Shown here one piece after another: positions 1-10,210 of a DNA stretch of 64,000 bases. A program made the translations under genes and the position numbers. Source of the stretch: an uncultured delta proteobacterium (GTDB lineage Bacteria > Desulfobacterota > Syntrophorhabdia > Syntrophorhabdales > WCHB1-27). The first letter of the stretch is position 1; each line of letters opens with the position of its first letter. The DNA is taken from NCBI GenBank assembly GCA_963810935.1, contig CAWEPK010000011.1, positions 66,429 through 130,428 of the forward strand. Reading direction: 5' to 3'. The notes beneath the pieces were generated by a model. That model was not told where the DNA came from. It was given only the letters and a program-made list of their open reading frames with translations, and searched no databases.

Positions 1-471
1 GGGCCGATGACGCCGAAGACTCCCAGCGGCGTGGGGATCAACCATTCATCGATGCCTGTCGCGATGTCTTCGGAGTAGTAACCCTGCTGCAGCGTGGGGA
101 TGCCGCAGGCGACCTCGACGTTCTCGATACCCCGCCTCGTCTCACCCCTCGACTCATCTATGCATTTGCCGTGCTCCTGGGTCTGGATCCTTGACAGACT
201 CTTCGAAGTTTTCCTCAAGCAATTCTTTCAGACGAAAAAGGATCCTTGCGCGCGACAGGGGAGGTGTCCTTCTCCATTCCGGGAAGGCTTCCTTCGCGGC
301 CGCTATGGCTTCATCGATCTCCTTTTCCGTGGAAACGCCTACTTTTGCAATGACCTCACCCTTCGCCGGGTTTACTACATCGACCGTGCCGCCCTTCGAT
401 TCGACCCACTCGCCTGCGATGAAGTTCTTTACCAGCGGGACCCCTTTTATGGGCTCGTCCAATACAGCCAT
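1..471 (-). CDS. mmsA: CoA-acylating (methyl)malonate-semialdehyde dehydrogenase, 5' part; runs off the window; frameshift near 195
   Basis: N-terminus KNFIAGEWVES...NPAKGE...WRRTPPLSRARILFRLKELL. A second frame continues EHGKCIDESRGETRRGIENVEVACGIP...PLGVFGVIGP, typical of MMSDH-type aldehyde dehydrogenases. Confidence 0.8.
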
Positions 472-700
472 CTCGTGACTCCTTTTTTCATGGTTTTGTG
501 CCCGGCCGGCGCCCGGCCGGGCACGTTTCGTTTGGCGCCGCTTTCGTAAGCGGTACTTTCGCCACGGCTTCTATATATTATAATGATTCAATAGTTTGCA
601 ATATATTGTCAAGAAAAAAAAGGCTTTAATTACGGGTAAACCCGCCCATCCGGTTGAGCGGCTTGCCGCCGGGTGGAAGTTTCGGCCGGTAATACGAGAA

Positions 701-724
701 GCAGCCGCCCGGGTGGGCGGCTGC
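701..724 (-). terminator. Hairpin downstream of the aminotransferase, probable terminator
   Basis: Perfect 10-bp stem GCAGCCGCCC-GGGT-GGGCGGCTGC about 35 bp past the stop; weak U-tract. Confidence 0.45.
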
Positions 725-758
725 GGTTGTTTGCTGCGATACTATCCTGATTTTAAGG

Positions 759-1865
759 CTAGAGGATTTTCCCGAGCGCTTCGAGAAGCTTTTCGACATT
801 CTCGACCCTTGCCGAATGGCCCAGGAGGCCGACGCGCCAACTGCGTCCCGCCAGGGGCCCGAGGCTGCCGCTGATCTCGATCTTGAACTCGTTCCTCAGA
901 CGCTTGCGGACAGCCAGCTCATCAACGCCGTCGGGCACGCAGACGACATTGAGCGTCGGCAGGCGATAAGGTTTTTCAACGAGCATTTTCAGGCCCAGCT
1001 TCTCCAGCCCGTCGACCAGCGCCTTATGCGACTGCATATGCCTTTCGTGCACCTTCTCCGGTCCCTCGTCGAAGAACATATGGAGCGACTGGTAAAGGCC
1101 GTAGATCATATTAATCGGGGCTGTGTGGTGGTAGACCCTGTTGCGGCCCCAGTAGTCAGAGATCAGCCCCAGGTCGAGGTACCAGTTAGGCACCTTCGTC
1201 TTCCTGCTCTTCAGTTTCTGCATTGCCTTCGGAGAGAACGCGAGGGGTGAAAGACCGGGCGGGCAGGAGACGCATTTCTGGGTGCAACTGTAAATGGCGT
1301 CGCAGTTCCAGTCGTCCATGGAGACTTTGATGCCCCCCAGCGTCGTAACTGTATCGACGATATAGAGCGTATCGCTTCCTTTGAGCATCGCGCCGATCTC
1401 GGCGACCTGGTTCTGCACGCCCGTTGCAGTCTCGCCGTGGACAACGGCGACAACGCTGTAATGCTCGCTGCTGAGCTTTTTCTGCACTTCGTCGAGGAGG
1501 ATGGGCGTCCCCCAGGCGAATTCGAGCTTATCGACGCTGCCGCCGAGCCTGCCGGCCACTTCGGCCATGCGCACGCCGAAGAGTCCGTTGATTATTACCA
1601 AGACCTTGTCTCCCGGCTCTACCAGGTTCGCGAACGACGCCTCCATGCCTGCGGAGCCCGTCCCGGATACTGCGATGGCAAACTCGTTCTCCGTATTCAT
1701 GATACGGCGGATCAGGGTTTTAAGCTCGTCCGCTATGGCGAGAAAGTAAGGGTCGAGATGGCCCAGCGTCCTTTTTGAAAGTGCCGCGTAGACCTCAGGC
1801 GGAACGCACGAGGGACCTGCCCCCATAAGCAATACATTCTCAATATTGTCCAACAGATTTCCCAT
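759..1865 (-). CDS. Alanine-glyoxylate/serine-pyruvate aminotransferase (class V PLP enzyme)
   Basis: LLMGAGPS, SGTGSAGMEA, VHGETATGV, VDTVTTLGG, SCTQKC (PLP lysine), YHHTAP. Confidence 0.92.
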   Translation of the reverse strand: MGNLLDNIENVLLMGAGPSCVPPEVYAALSKRTLGHLDPYFLAIADELKTLIRRIMNTENEFAIAVSGTGSAGMEASFANLVEPGDKVLVIINGLFGVRMAEVAGRLGGSVDKLEFAWGTPILLDEVQKKLSSEHYSVVAVVHGETATGVQNQVAEIGAMLKGSDTLYIVDTVTTLGGIKVSMDDWNCDAIYSCTQKCVSCPPGLSPLAFSPKAMQKLKSRKTKVPNWYLDLGLISDYWGRNRVYHHTAPINMIYGLYQSLHMFFDEGPEKVHERHMQSHKALVDGLEKLGLKMLVEKPYRLPTLNVVCVPDGVDELAVRKRLRNEFKIEISGSLGPLAGRSWRVGLLGHSARVENVEKLLEALGKIL

Positions 1866-2085
1866 GCGCCCTTTCTCCTCCTTTAGTTGTATGCAGGTGG
1901 GTGAGGCAATACTATCCCACGGATGAAAAGAATATTCAAGGTATTATCGCAGCTTTACTCCGAGTCAGCCCTTTCGAAAACTGCGCGACGCCTGCCTTGC
2001 CTGCCCCCGACTTGTCATAAATTAATACCACATTAACGGCGGAAAAGACATTCGTAAAAACACCGGCGGCAGGCGGCCGCCCGGC

Positions 2086-2328
2086 TTGAAATTCGGGCGC
2101 CCTGTACTAGCCGTAGACCCCGAAGGCAAGGCAATAGTCATAACTGTGGGGAAAGGGGAGAGCGCGCTCGACGTAGGGACAATCGTGGATTCAAACACGA
2201 AGCTGATAGTCGACGGCAAGAGCGCGCCGATCGGGGACCTCACCAAGGAGGTGAAGCCCGGCGATACGGTCGTGCTCAATTATGTAATGACCGGCGATCT
2301 TTATGCGAAGAAGATCATCAAGAAATAA
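2086..2328 (+). CDS. Small beta-rich (OB-like) hypothetical protein, probably 5'-truncated
   Basis: Protein-like 80 aa ORF (VLAVDPEGKAIVITV...TKLIVDGK...VKPGDTVVLNY) followed by a terminator; TTG start with no clear RBS. Confidence 0.5.
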   Translation: MKFGRPVLAVDPEGKAIVITVGKGESALDVGTIVDSNTKLIVDGKSAPIGDLTKEVKPGDTVVLNYVMTGDLYAKKIIKK

Positions 2329-2348
2329 TAGCGGCGTAAATCTGCCTG

Positions 2349-2397
2349 ACCAGCCCGGCCGGCCCGAGGAGGGGATGCGGCCGGGCTGGTACTTTTT
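2349..2397 (+). terminator. Rho-independent terminator
   Basis: ACCAGCCCGGCCG...CGGCCGGGCTGGT stem followed by ACTTTTT. Confidence 0.65.
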
Positions 2398-2596
2398 CGG
2401 GGGCCGCATCAATCCCACCGTCGAGTGAAGGTAATTCATTTTGCTGCTTCCACTTATAGATAAACGCGCGACCTTGCTGAAGTGTATCGATTCTGTCATT
2501 GTTATTGCTTAATAATACTATTTTGTAGGAATCGCGGAAATTAGACCCTTACGGCCGCAAATATTCACTTGACATAACCCATCGTAAGGGAGTAAA

Positions 2597-2609
2597 TGAA
2601 TATAATTCA
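2597..2609. promoter_or_regulatory. Putative TetR operator TGAAT-N3-ATTCA upstream of the acyl-CoA ligase
   Basis: TGAATATAATTCA just downstream of a TTGACA (2569-2574) promoter; same palindrome at 13478-13490. Confidence 0.6.
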
Positions 2610-2746
2610 GGCAACAAGACCGGCACATGCCCGCCGGTTTTGTGGACTTAGCCGCAACTATACGGTCCTTTCCTGACGTGGGTCGTGCTGGGGGGCAACG
2701 ACCCGTTCTCAGTAACTAATCACGGGTGATACAAATAAGGGGAGGC

Positions 2747-4380
2747 ATGATGCGCAAGCTCGGCGCTATAACCACCTACAAAGACGTGGAGTCCCTGTCG
2801 ATCGGCCAGGCCCTGGAAAGGAGCCGGTACATTGCGCCGCGGAAGACGTGCGTCTTCTTCAAGGAAGAGGGGCTTACATATAAGCAACTGGACGATCAAT
2901 CGACCGCGCTGGCCGCCGGGCCTCCAGGAGATGGGCATAAAGAAAGGCGACCGGGTGGGCATATATATGTTCAACCGCCCGGAGCTGTACATAGCATTTT
3001 ACGCGCTTCAAAAGCTGGGGGCCGTTGTCGCATGGATAAACGCAGGTTACAGGTCCCATGAGGTGACGTTTATTCTCGAGAACTCTCAGGCCGTTGCCGT
3101 CCTTGCCGAGAAACGGGAAGAGGGCTTTGACAACCTGGACCTCGTCCGCGAGCTGCGTCATAACCTGCCCCGCCTCGCACACGTTGTCTCCGTAGGGGGT
3201 GGAGAGGGATATGACGTCGTCTCCTTCGAAGAGCTCATTGCCAGAGGGAAGAAAGGGAGATTCGTCAGGACCGCCATCAACGTGCGCCGCGACCTCTCCA
3301 TGCTGATCTATACATCGGGGACAACCGGGGTGCCGAAAGGCTCGATGATAACCCATTTCCAGGCCGTGCGGGGAGGATACTCTCACGTGCGCGGTATGGC
3401 CGCAACAGCCGACGACGTGTTTATGGGCATACTTCCCCTGGGCCACTCCTACGGGTGCGGGACGACCCTCATACAGCCGGTCCTCATCCAGGCCTCCGTC
3501 ATCCTCCTGGAGACGTTCAACGCGGATTTGGCGCTGAAGACCATCGACGCCCGGAAGCCTACGCTTCAGCACGGTTCTCCCTCTCACTACCTCATGGAGA
3601 TGAACCATCCGAGCGCGGACAGGTACGACCTTTCTTCCCTTCGGGCCGGCTACCTCGCGGGGCAGATATGCCCGGAAGAAATCATCCAATGGGGAGAAGA
3701 CAGGAATATATACCTCTCGTCTTCATGGGGGAATTCGGAGGTCGGCCCAGGGGCGGGGACGATCTGCCCCTTCGGCACGCCCCTCGCGATACGCAAAAAA
3801 AGCGTGGGCAGGCCTGTCCCCGGGATGCGGATAAAGGTGGTTGACCCGGCGACGGGCGGGCATCTCGATGCGGGCGGAATCGGCGAATTGATGGTGAAGG
3901 GACCGAACGTTTTGAAGGGCTACTGGCAAAATCCGCAGGAAACCGGCAAGCAATTGGAAAAAGACGGCTGGCTCCATACCGGGGACCTGGTGTCGGTCGA
4001 TAAGAAGGGTTTCGTCACGATTTACGGCAGGAGCAAGGATCTGATAAACAGGGGCGGGCTGAAGATCTACCCGTCCGAGGCTGGAGGCTTTGATCCTGCA
4101 GCACCCGGACGTTGCCCAGGCGTGTATCGTCGGCACGCCGAACCCGATCCTGGGTGAGAGCATCTGCGCGTGCGTAGTGCCGAAGGTCGATGCGGCCGTT
4201 TCCCTGAAGGGGATTCGTACGTTCCTTAAAGACAGGGTGGCGAACAACAAACTGCCGGATGAGCTTTGCGTGATGCCCGATTTTCCCAGGATGCCGGGCG
4301 GCGTGAAGGTAAAGAAATTCGGCTCAGGAGGAGTACAGGAGCAGGCGTTGAATGATGGAAACCGGGAAAAGATCAGATAG
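2747..4380 (+). CDS. Acyl/aryl-CoA synthetase (AMP-binding), split by frameshifts near 2918 and 4080
   Basis: YTSGTTGVPKG AMP motif, WGNSE, GELMVKGPNV, WLHTGD, GRSKDLINRGG and C-terminal HPDVAQACIVG...KLPD, spread over three frames; GGAGG RBS. Confidence 0.88.
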
Positions 4381-4451
4381 GCCTGGTTAAGAGTGGATTC
4401 GAGTCGTGCTTGACGCTTGGTGTGGTTCTATGACGCTAAAGGGGGGCAATT

Positions 4452-5516
4452 ATGGTACGAAAGGTAATGGTGTTTGTGTGTGCTGTTTTTCTAGTTGTCT
4501 CGGTCTGCTCCGTATGCGGCGCGGCAGAGACGATCAAGCTTAAGTTCGCGAACTATTTCCCGCCGGTCCACAAGAACTCGACCCTTTTTGCCGAGTTCTG
4601 CCAGGAGATAAACAAGAAATCCGGCGGCAAGGTCGAAATCTCCTATTATCCCGGAGGCACACTGCTGACCGCCCCGAAGATGGCGGCCGGTGTGCTCACG
4701 GGCATCGCAGACATCGGCCTGTCCCATTTCGCTTATACGAGGGGGCGCTTCCCCGTGATGGAAGCGATGGAGCTTCCGGTGGGGTTCCCCAGTGCATGGG
4801 TCGGAGCGGGGGTGGCAAACGACTTCTTCGACAAGTTCAAGCCGAAGGAGTGGGACCAGTTTCATCCTCTCGCTTTCTGCGCCTCGACGCCGGCCGTCTT
4901 CGGCACCATCTCCAAGCCCATCCGGAAGATCGAGGACCTGAAAGGGTTGAAGATCAGGGGGACCGGGCGGATCGGCGATGTTGTGAAGGCCCTCGGCGGG
5001 ACACCGATGCCTGTCGAGATCGTCGACACCTATGAGGCGCTCAGAAGAAACGTTGTTGACGGCAACCTGGGGTCGGCCGAGCAGCTCCAGGGCTTTAAGA
5101 TAGGCGAGATACTCAGGTACGTGACCGCGTCGTGGAAGGCCGGGGTCTGCTTCGGGTTCTACACGGCGATGAACAAGCGCAAATGGGACTCACTGCCTCC
5201 CGATATGCAGAAGCTCTTCACTGAGGTCGCGAATGAGTATAAGGACAAGTGGGGCATAGCCTTTAACAGCATCGATATCGGCGGAATAGATTTTCTGAAG
5301 AAGAACGGCGGGCAGGTCATTACACTTAGTGCTGCCGAGACGGAGAGGTGGGTAAAGGCAGTACAGCCGTTGATTGCGGAGTTCAAGAAGGAGATGGTGG
5401 CAAAGGGTCATAAGGAACAGGACGTGGATGCATGGTTCAGTTTCATCAGGGAGCGGACGGAGTACTGGAAGGCGCAGGAGAAGGCGAGGAAGATACCGAG
5501 CATCTACGAGTATTAG
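4452..5516 (+). CDS. dctP: TRAP transporter solute-binding protein (DctP family)
   Basis: Signal peptide, LKFANYFPP, YPGGTLL, DLKGLKIRG, YEALRRNVVDG. Confidence 0.9.
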   Translation: MVRKVMVFVCAVFLVVSVCSVCGAAETIKLKFANYFPPVHKNSTLFAEFCQEINKKSGGKVEISYYPGGTLLTAPKMAAGVLTGIADIGLSHFAYTRGRFPVMEAMELPVGFPSAWVGAGVANDFFDKFKPKEWDQFHPLAFCASTPAVFGTISKPIRKIEDLKGLKIRGTGRIGDVVKALGGTPMPVEIVDTYEALRRNVVDGNLGSAEQLQGFKIGEILRYVTASWKAGVCFGFYTAMNKRKWDSLPPDMQKLFTEVANEYKDKWGIAFNSIDIGGIDFLKKNGGQVITLSAAETERWVKAVQPLIAEFKKEMVAKGHKEQDVDAWFSFIRERTEYWKAQEKARKIPSIYEY

Positions 5517-5525
5517 AGAGTCAGT

Positions 5526-7919
5526 TTAAAGAAAGCAAAGGATATGTTCGCCCGAGCATATCCTTTGCTTGTAATCCTTTTTCCCTTCTTCCATCCGTTC
5601 GAGGGCGTCGAGTATCCTTTGCGGATAAAACGGCGTCCTGTCGAGGCGCACGCCGGTTGCATTGTAGAGAGCGTTTGCGACTGCGGCGACAGTACCCGCC
5701 ACGTAGCCTTCCCCCACTTCCTTCGTGTCGTAATGGCGGCCTTTCTTATACTCTTCCGTGATCACGTCAACGTAATCGGTCTTCACCATGTCGAGTGCGC
5801 ACGGGATCCTGTATTCCAGGAATGACGGGTTGATCACTGCGCCTTTGTCGGCGAGCACCTCCTCGTAAAGGGCGTGCCCCTGCGCCATGGAGACCTGGCC
5901 GTCGATCTGGCCTTCCACGAGCATTGGGTTGAACGGGAAGCCGCAGTCGTGGGCGGTCGTCACCTTTACAACCTTCATCATGCCCGTTTCCGTATCGACC
6001 TCGACTTCGGCCACCTGTGCATAAGAAGAGTAATTCTCGGTCCACCTGCCGCGCGTGGTCGCAAGGCTCGGGTGGGCAGGCTCGTCCTTCATCGTCCTGA
6101 AATGGCCTTCGCCTATGATGGTGTCTCCCTGGTTCCTGGTGATGCTTGCGCCGATCGCGTCCCTGTAAGAAAGTTTCCTCTCGGGCTGCCGCTTGACGTA
6201 GATCTCTTTATTTCTGGCCTCAAGCTCGCTCACGTCCGTATCGAGCTCCTCGGCCGCTGCCGCGAGGAGCTTCTTCATCGCGTTCTCGGCTGCCTGCTTC
6301 GCCGCGTTTCCGGTAACCCAGGTAAGCCCGCTGATCCAGGAGCCGATATCGACAGTCGTCGTCTCCGTGTCCGCAGCATATACCTGGATGTCCTCCATGG
6401 GGACGGACATCTCCTCGGCAACGATCTGGCTGAGCACCGTCTCCGCCCCCTGGCCCATATCGACTGCGCCGGTGATGAGTGAGACCCCGCCGTCGTCATT
6501 CAGCTTCACGATCACCGAAGAGCTGTTCGGGTAGATCAGGGAGCCGCCGAAATAGGCGCACGTCCCTATGCCCACCCCGCGTTTGATCTTCGAGCCGTCC
6601 TTCTGCGCCTTTTGTGCTTTCCTGTGCTTCTCGGAAAAGCCGCTGGACCTGGCTACCTCTTCGAGGCATTGGGCGAGCCCGAAGTTCTTAAGGGCATCGC
6701 CGTTCGGCAGCGTCTCGCCCGGCCGCCTGGCGTTCCGCAGACGCATCTCAAGTGGGTCTATGTGCAGGTCGTTTGCGATGGCGTCGAACTGCGATTCTAC
6801 TGCGAAGCGCATCGCCGGCGCGCCGTGGCCGCGCTGCGGGCAGCGGACCAGGTTGTTCGTATAGACGGAGTAGCCCTCGTATTCCAGGTTCGGTATCCTG
6901 TAAGGCGCCATGAGGAAGCCCCATGCGAGGAAGATGACTACTACACCGCTCCCCCGGTACGCCCCTGCGTCGTTTATCGTGCGCACCTTTTGCGCGAGGA
7001 TCGTCCCGTCGCGGTCAACGCCTGTCTTCAACTCCACGATGAGCGGCTGGCCGTGGCGCGCTCCCTTGAAGACCTCCTCCCGGCTGTAAACGATCCTGAC
7101 GGGCAGGCGGCATTTCATCGACAAGAGGGAGGCGATATACTCGTGGCCGAAGAGGTCTATCTTTCCGCCGAAGGCCCCGCCTACGTATGTCCTGTGGACC
7201 CGCACGCTCCCGTGGGAGAGGCCGAGGGTGTCCGCCAGCTTCGCGCGTTTCAGGAAAGTCCCCATGCTGGAGAGCCACACGTTGAGCTTACCGGAATGGT
7301 CGAAGGAAGCGACGATTGCCTGGGGTTCCATATATGCGTGCGTCCGCATGTGGGTGACGAACCGGTCTTCGCGTACCAGGTACGACTCCCTGAACGCCTT
7401 TTCCACGTCGCCCCACGACGTCTGGGTCTTCCCGCCGATGTTGCGATAAGGCTCCTTCACTTTTTCATGGGACGGGTGTATCTCCGGCGCGTCCGGCAGC
7501 ATCGCATCTTCCGGGTCGAATACCGCTGGCAGCAGCTCGTAATCGACTTTTATAAGCGAAAGGGCCTCTTCCGCAGTCGATTCGTCTATAGCCGCTACGC
7601 CGGCCACCTCCTCTCCCACGTGGCGCACCCTGTCGACTGCGATGGGGTACTGGTCCGCAGGGTATCGTCCCGTCTGAACGAAGCCGTGCTTGATCAAAAG
7701 GGAATCTTTCGCCGTGACGACCGCCTTCACGCCGGGGAGCCGCTCCGCCCTGCTCGTATCGATATATACTATGCGTGCGTGGGGAAAAGGGCTTCTCAGG
7801 ACCTTCCCGCAAAGCATGCCTGGAAGGGAGACGTCGACCGTATATTCGGCGCTTCCTGTGACCTTCGCGGCGCCGTCAATTCTCGGGACCGATTTCCCGA
7901 CGTAGAAGAGCCCGTCCAT
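5526..7919 (-). CDS. Xanthine dehydrogenase family Mo-binding subunit, 4-hydroxybenzoyl-CoA reductase alpha-like
   Basis: VGKSVPRIDG, GGAFGGK, QRGHG, DMGQG, VEGQIDG, KEVGEG; start overlaps the 2Fe-2S gene stop (TAATG). Confidence 0.88.
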   Translation of the reverse strand: MDGLFYVGKSVPRIDGAAKVTGSAEYTVDVSLPGMLCGKVLRSPFPHARIVYIDTSRAERLPGVKAVVTAKDSLLIKHGFVQTGRYPADQYPIAVDRVRHVGEEVAGVAAIDESTAEEALSLIKVDYELLPAVFDPEDAMLPDAPEIHPSHEKVKEPYRNIGGKTQTSWGDVEKAFRESYLVREDRFVTHMRTHAYMEPQAIVASFDHSGKLNVWLSSMGTFLKRAKLADTLGLSHGSVRVHRTYVGGAFGGKIDLFGHEYIASLLSMKCRLPVRIVYSREEVFKGARHGQPLIVELKTGVDRDGTILAQKVRTINDAGAYRGSGVVVIFLAWGFLMAPYRIPNLEYEGYSVYTNNLVRCPQRGHGAPAMRFAVESQFDAIANDLHIDPLEMRLRNARRPGETLPNGDALKNFGLAQCLEEVARSSGFSEKHRKAQKAQKDGSKIKRGVGIGTCAYFGGSLIYPNSSSVIVKLNDDGGVSLITGAVDMGQGAETVLSQIVAEEMSVPMEDIQVYAADTETTTVDIGSWISGLTWVTGNAAKQAAENAMKKLLAAAAEELDTDVSELEARNKEIYVKRQPERKLSYRDAIGASITRNQGDTIIGEGHFRTMKDEPAHPSLATTRGRWTENYSSYAQVAEVEVDTETGMMKVVKVTTAHDCGFPFNPMLVEGQIDGQVSMAQGHALYEEVLADKGAVINPSFLEYRIPCALDMVKTDYVDVITEEYKKGRHYDTKEVGEGYVAGTVAAVANALYNATGVRLDRTPFYPQRILDALERMEEGKKDYKQRICSGEHILCFL

Positions 7920-8406
7920 TAATGGCCTCCTTTCGCGCCGTATGCGGCGGAGGCTATCGCTTGCAGTATCTTGTTGTACCCGGTGCACCGGCAGAAGTTG
8001 CCGGAGATCGCGACGAGTATCTCCTCATCGGACGGCTTCGGGTTGGCGTCGAGGAGCGCCTTGGCAGTAAGCACCATGCCGGGCGTGCAATACCCGCACT
8101 GGACTGCCCCATGGTCGAGAAACGCCTGCTGGATGGGGTGCAGCCCTTCCCCTGAAGAAAGGCCCTCTATGGTCGTGATCTTCCTGCCCTGCGCCTCGAC
8201 TGCGAGGATAAGGCAGGAGCGGACGGGCAGACCGTCCATGAGGACCGTGCAGGCCCCGCATACTCCGTCGTCGCACGCCTGCCTGGCGCCTTTCATCGAC
8301 AGGTCCTCACGCAGCACTTCGAGGAGCGTCCGGTTGGGATGCGCGGCAATCTCGTAGTCCAGGCTGTTCACCGCGAGGGAGATGAGGCGCTTCGTTTTTT
8401 TTCCAT
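7919..8406 (-). CDS. [2Fe-2S]-binding subunit (HcrC/CoxS-like); 1-nt indel in the A8 run at 8395-8402
   Basis: CDDGVCGACT...C and QCGYC...NFCRCTGY motifs; ATG at 8406 with RBS restores the frame if one A is added. Confidence 0.9.
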
Positions 8407-8417
8407 TGCTCTCCTCT

Positions 8418-9395
8418 TTAGAGGCGCTCCAGCGCTGCTTTCATCGCCCTTACGGCGAAGACGGCCAGCATCTTACGCCTGTAAGACGCAGGCAGGACCT
8501 GGTTATCGACGAGGGGCAGGTTTTTGGGGATGGACCGGCCGATTGCATCCAGGTCGATGTCAGAAGGCGCCTTGCCTTCGACAAGCCCGTCGAGGGGGAC
8601 GACTACAGGGGCGGGACCGGCCGCTGTCAGAACGAGTCTGGCCGACTGTATCGTTTTCCCGGCTACTGTGACGAAGGCTGCCGCGCCCGCCATGGGGTAA
8701 TCTACTGCGGAGCGGAGGCGGAATTTTTCGTACGCTGCGCCCGCGTGACGGAAGAGAGGCACAACGACCTCCGTCGCAAGCTCGCCCGGCCTTAGTCGCA
8801 AAGGCGCAAGTCCCTGCCCGGTAAAAAGCTCCTCGACAGGGACTTCGCGGGGCTTCGCCCTTTTTCTCTCGATCCTGACGCTTACGCCCGATGCGATCAG
8901 CGCCGGGGCGATATCTCCCTGGTAGAGGCTGAAGCATTTCCTGCCGTTCGGCACTGCGAGGCAATGCCTGCCTCCAGCCTTGAGGCACGGCTCGCGCTCC
9001 ATCCTCCAGACTGCCGACTGGTTGTAGAAAAGGCAGCGGGACCCCTGGAACAGGTTTCCGCCTATCGTCGCCGTATTGCGTATCGGAGGGGCCGCGACTG
9101 AAAGTGCGGCGTGATAAAGCGCGGGCGCGTGCTTCATTACTTCCGGGGATGCCGCTATCTCGGAAAGGGTGGTCATTGCGCCGATCCGGAGCGCCTGCCT
9201 GCCCCGGACGATCCGGCTAAGCCCGGCCACGTCCTTGAGGCCGACTACCAGAGAGGGCCGCACCAGGCCGAGCCGTATCAACGGTATCAGGTCGGTCCCT
9301 CCCGCCTGGGGCCTTGCCTCTCCGTGGTGCTCCATGACCGCCAGGGCCTCTTTCACCGTCTCCGGTCCCAGGAAGTCAAAGTAAGGCAGTCGCAT
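8418..9395 (-). CDS. FAD-binding subunit with an extra [4Fe-4S] insert (HcrB-like)
   Basis: AGGTDL, RNTATIGGNL and C-x15-C-x7-C-x8-C insert (RCLFYNQSAVWRMEREPCLKAGGRHCLAVPNGRKCF). Confidence 0.88.
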   Translation of the reverse strand: MRLPYFDFLGPETVKEALAVMEHHGEARPQAGGTDLIPLIRLGLVRPSLVVGLKDVAGLSRIVRGRQALRIGAMTTLSEIAASPEVMKHAPALYHAALSVAAPPIRNTATIGGNLFQGSRCLFYNQSAVWRMEREPCLKAGGRHCLAVPNGRKCFSLYQGDIAPALIASGVSVRIERKRAKPREVPVEELFTGQGLAPLRLRPGELATEVVVPLFRHAGAAYEKFRLRSAVDYPMAGAAAFVTVAGKTIQSARLVLTAAGPAPVVVPLDGLVEGKAPSDIDLDAIGRSIPKNLPLVDNQVLPASYRRKMLAVFAVRAMKAALERL

Positions 9396-9430
9396 AGATG
9401 CGCCCCCTTGCGCTTGGTCGTGATAAGCTT

Positions 9431-10210
9431 TCAGGAAGCGGCTGCGAACAGGGCCGCACCGAGGGCCACGGTCATTGCCGGGTCCCATCCGGGTTTTTGC
9501 GGCAGGCCGCTCACCTGCAGGATGCCCTCGACCCGGCCTATCAACGCCGCGTTGTTTGCCAGCCCGCCTATAACCACGAAGTCTTTCTTCATGCCCGATC
9601 TGGCCACTAGCGTTGCGATCCTTTCCGCCATCGCCTGCATGTAGCCTGCGATGACATGTTCGGCAGGCACGTTGTGGCGGATGAGGTCGAGTGCCTCGGA
9701 CTGCGCGTATACTGCGCAGAAGTTGCCTATTTTCGCCGCTTTTTCCGACCGCGAGGCGGCATCGTTGATTCCGGCCGTATCCTCTCCCGCAAGCGCGGCA
9801 AAGGTCTCAAGGGAGCGGCCGATGCCTGACGCGCATTTGTCGTTCCATAGGAAATCTAGTGCCCTGCCCTTTTCAGTGCAATGGACTACCCGGCAGCTTA
9901 TGCCGCCTGCGTCGAGCACAGTGCGGACGGACGGCCCCCATGTGCGGACTGCGCCCGCAGCAGCGCATGCGACCTCGGTCACGCTCTTTTGGGCGAAGGC
10001 GACCTGCGCCCTGCCCCTGCCCGTCGCAACGATGCAGCCGACCTTGTCTATCTTCAAACCGGCCGCCGCCAGGGCCTCGTCGATCGCGGCTAAGGCCGAC
10101 TCGGCCGGCGTCCGGGTAGTGACGAGAGAACATCCGGCAAGCTCTCCGTCCACCAGTATCACGGCCTTCGAGGTTGAGGCGCCTATATCTATTCCCGCTG
10201 CTGTTTTCAT
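9431..10210 (-). CDS. ASKHA ATPase/activase subunit (BadF/BadG/BcrA/BcrD, BzdQ/P-like)
   Basis: GIDIGASTSK, ATGRGR, LDAGG, NDKCASG, CAVYAQSE, GGLANN; ATGA overlap with the upstream gene. Confidence 0.88.
   Translation of the reverse strand: MKTAAGIDIGASTSKAVILVDGELAGCSLVTTRTPAESALAAIDEALAAAGLKIDKVGCIVATGRGRAQVAFAQKSVTEVACAAAGAVRTWGPSVRTVLDAGGISCRVVHCTEKGRALDFLWNDKCASGIGRSLETFAALAGEDTAGINDAASRSEKAAKIGNFCAVYAQSEALDLIRHNVPAEHVIAGYMQAMAERIATLVARSGMKKDFVVIGGLANNAALIGRVEGILQVSGLPQKPGWDPAMTVALGAALFAAAS

Noticed and set aside
2618..2706. Hairpins in the ligase 5' leader as a riboswitch
   Set aside because: Only short GC stems (ACCGGC/GCCGGT, GGGTCGT/ACGACCC) with no recognisable aptamer or terminator; could arise by chance at this GC content
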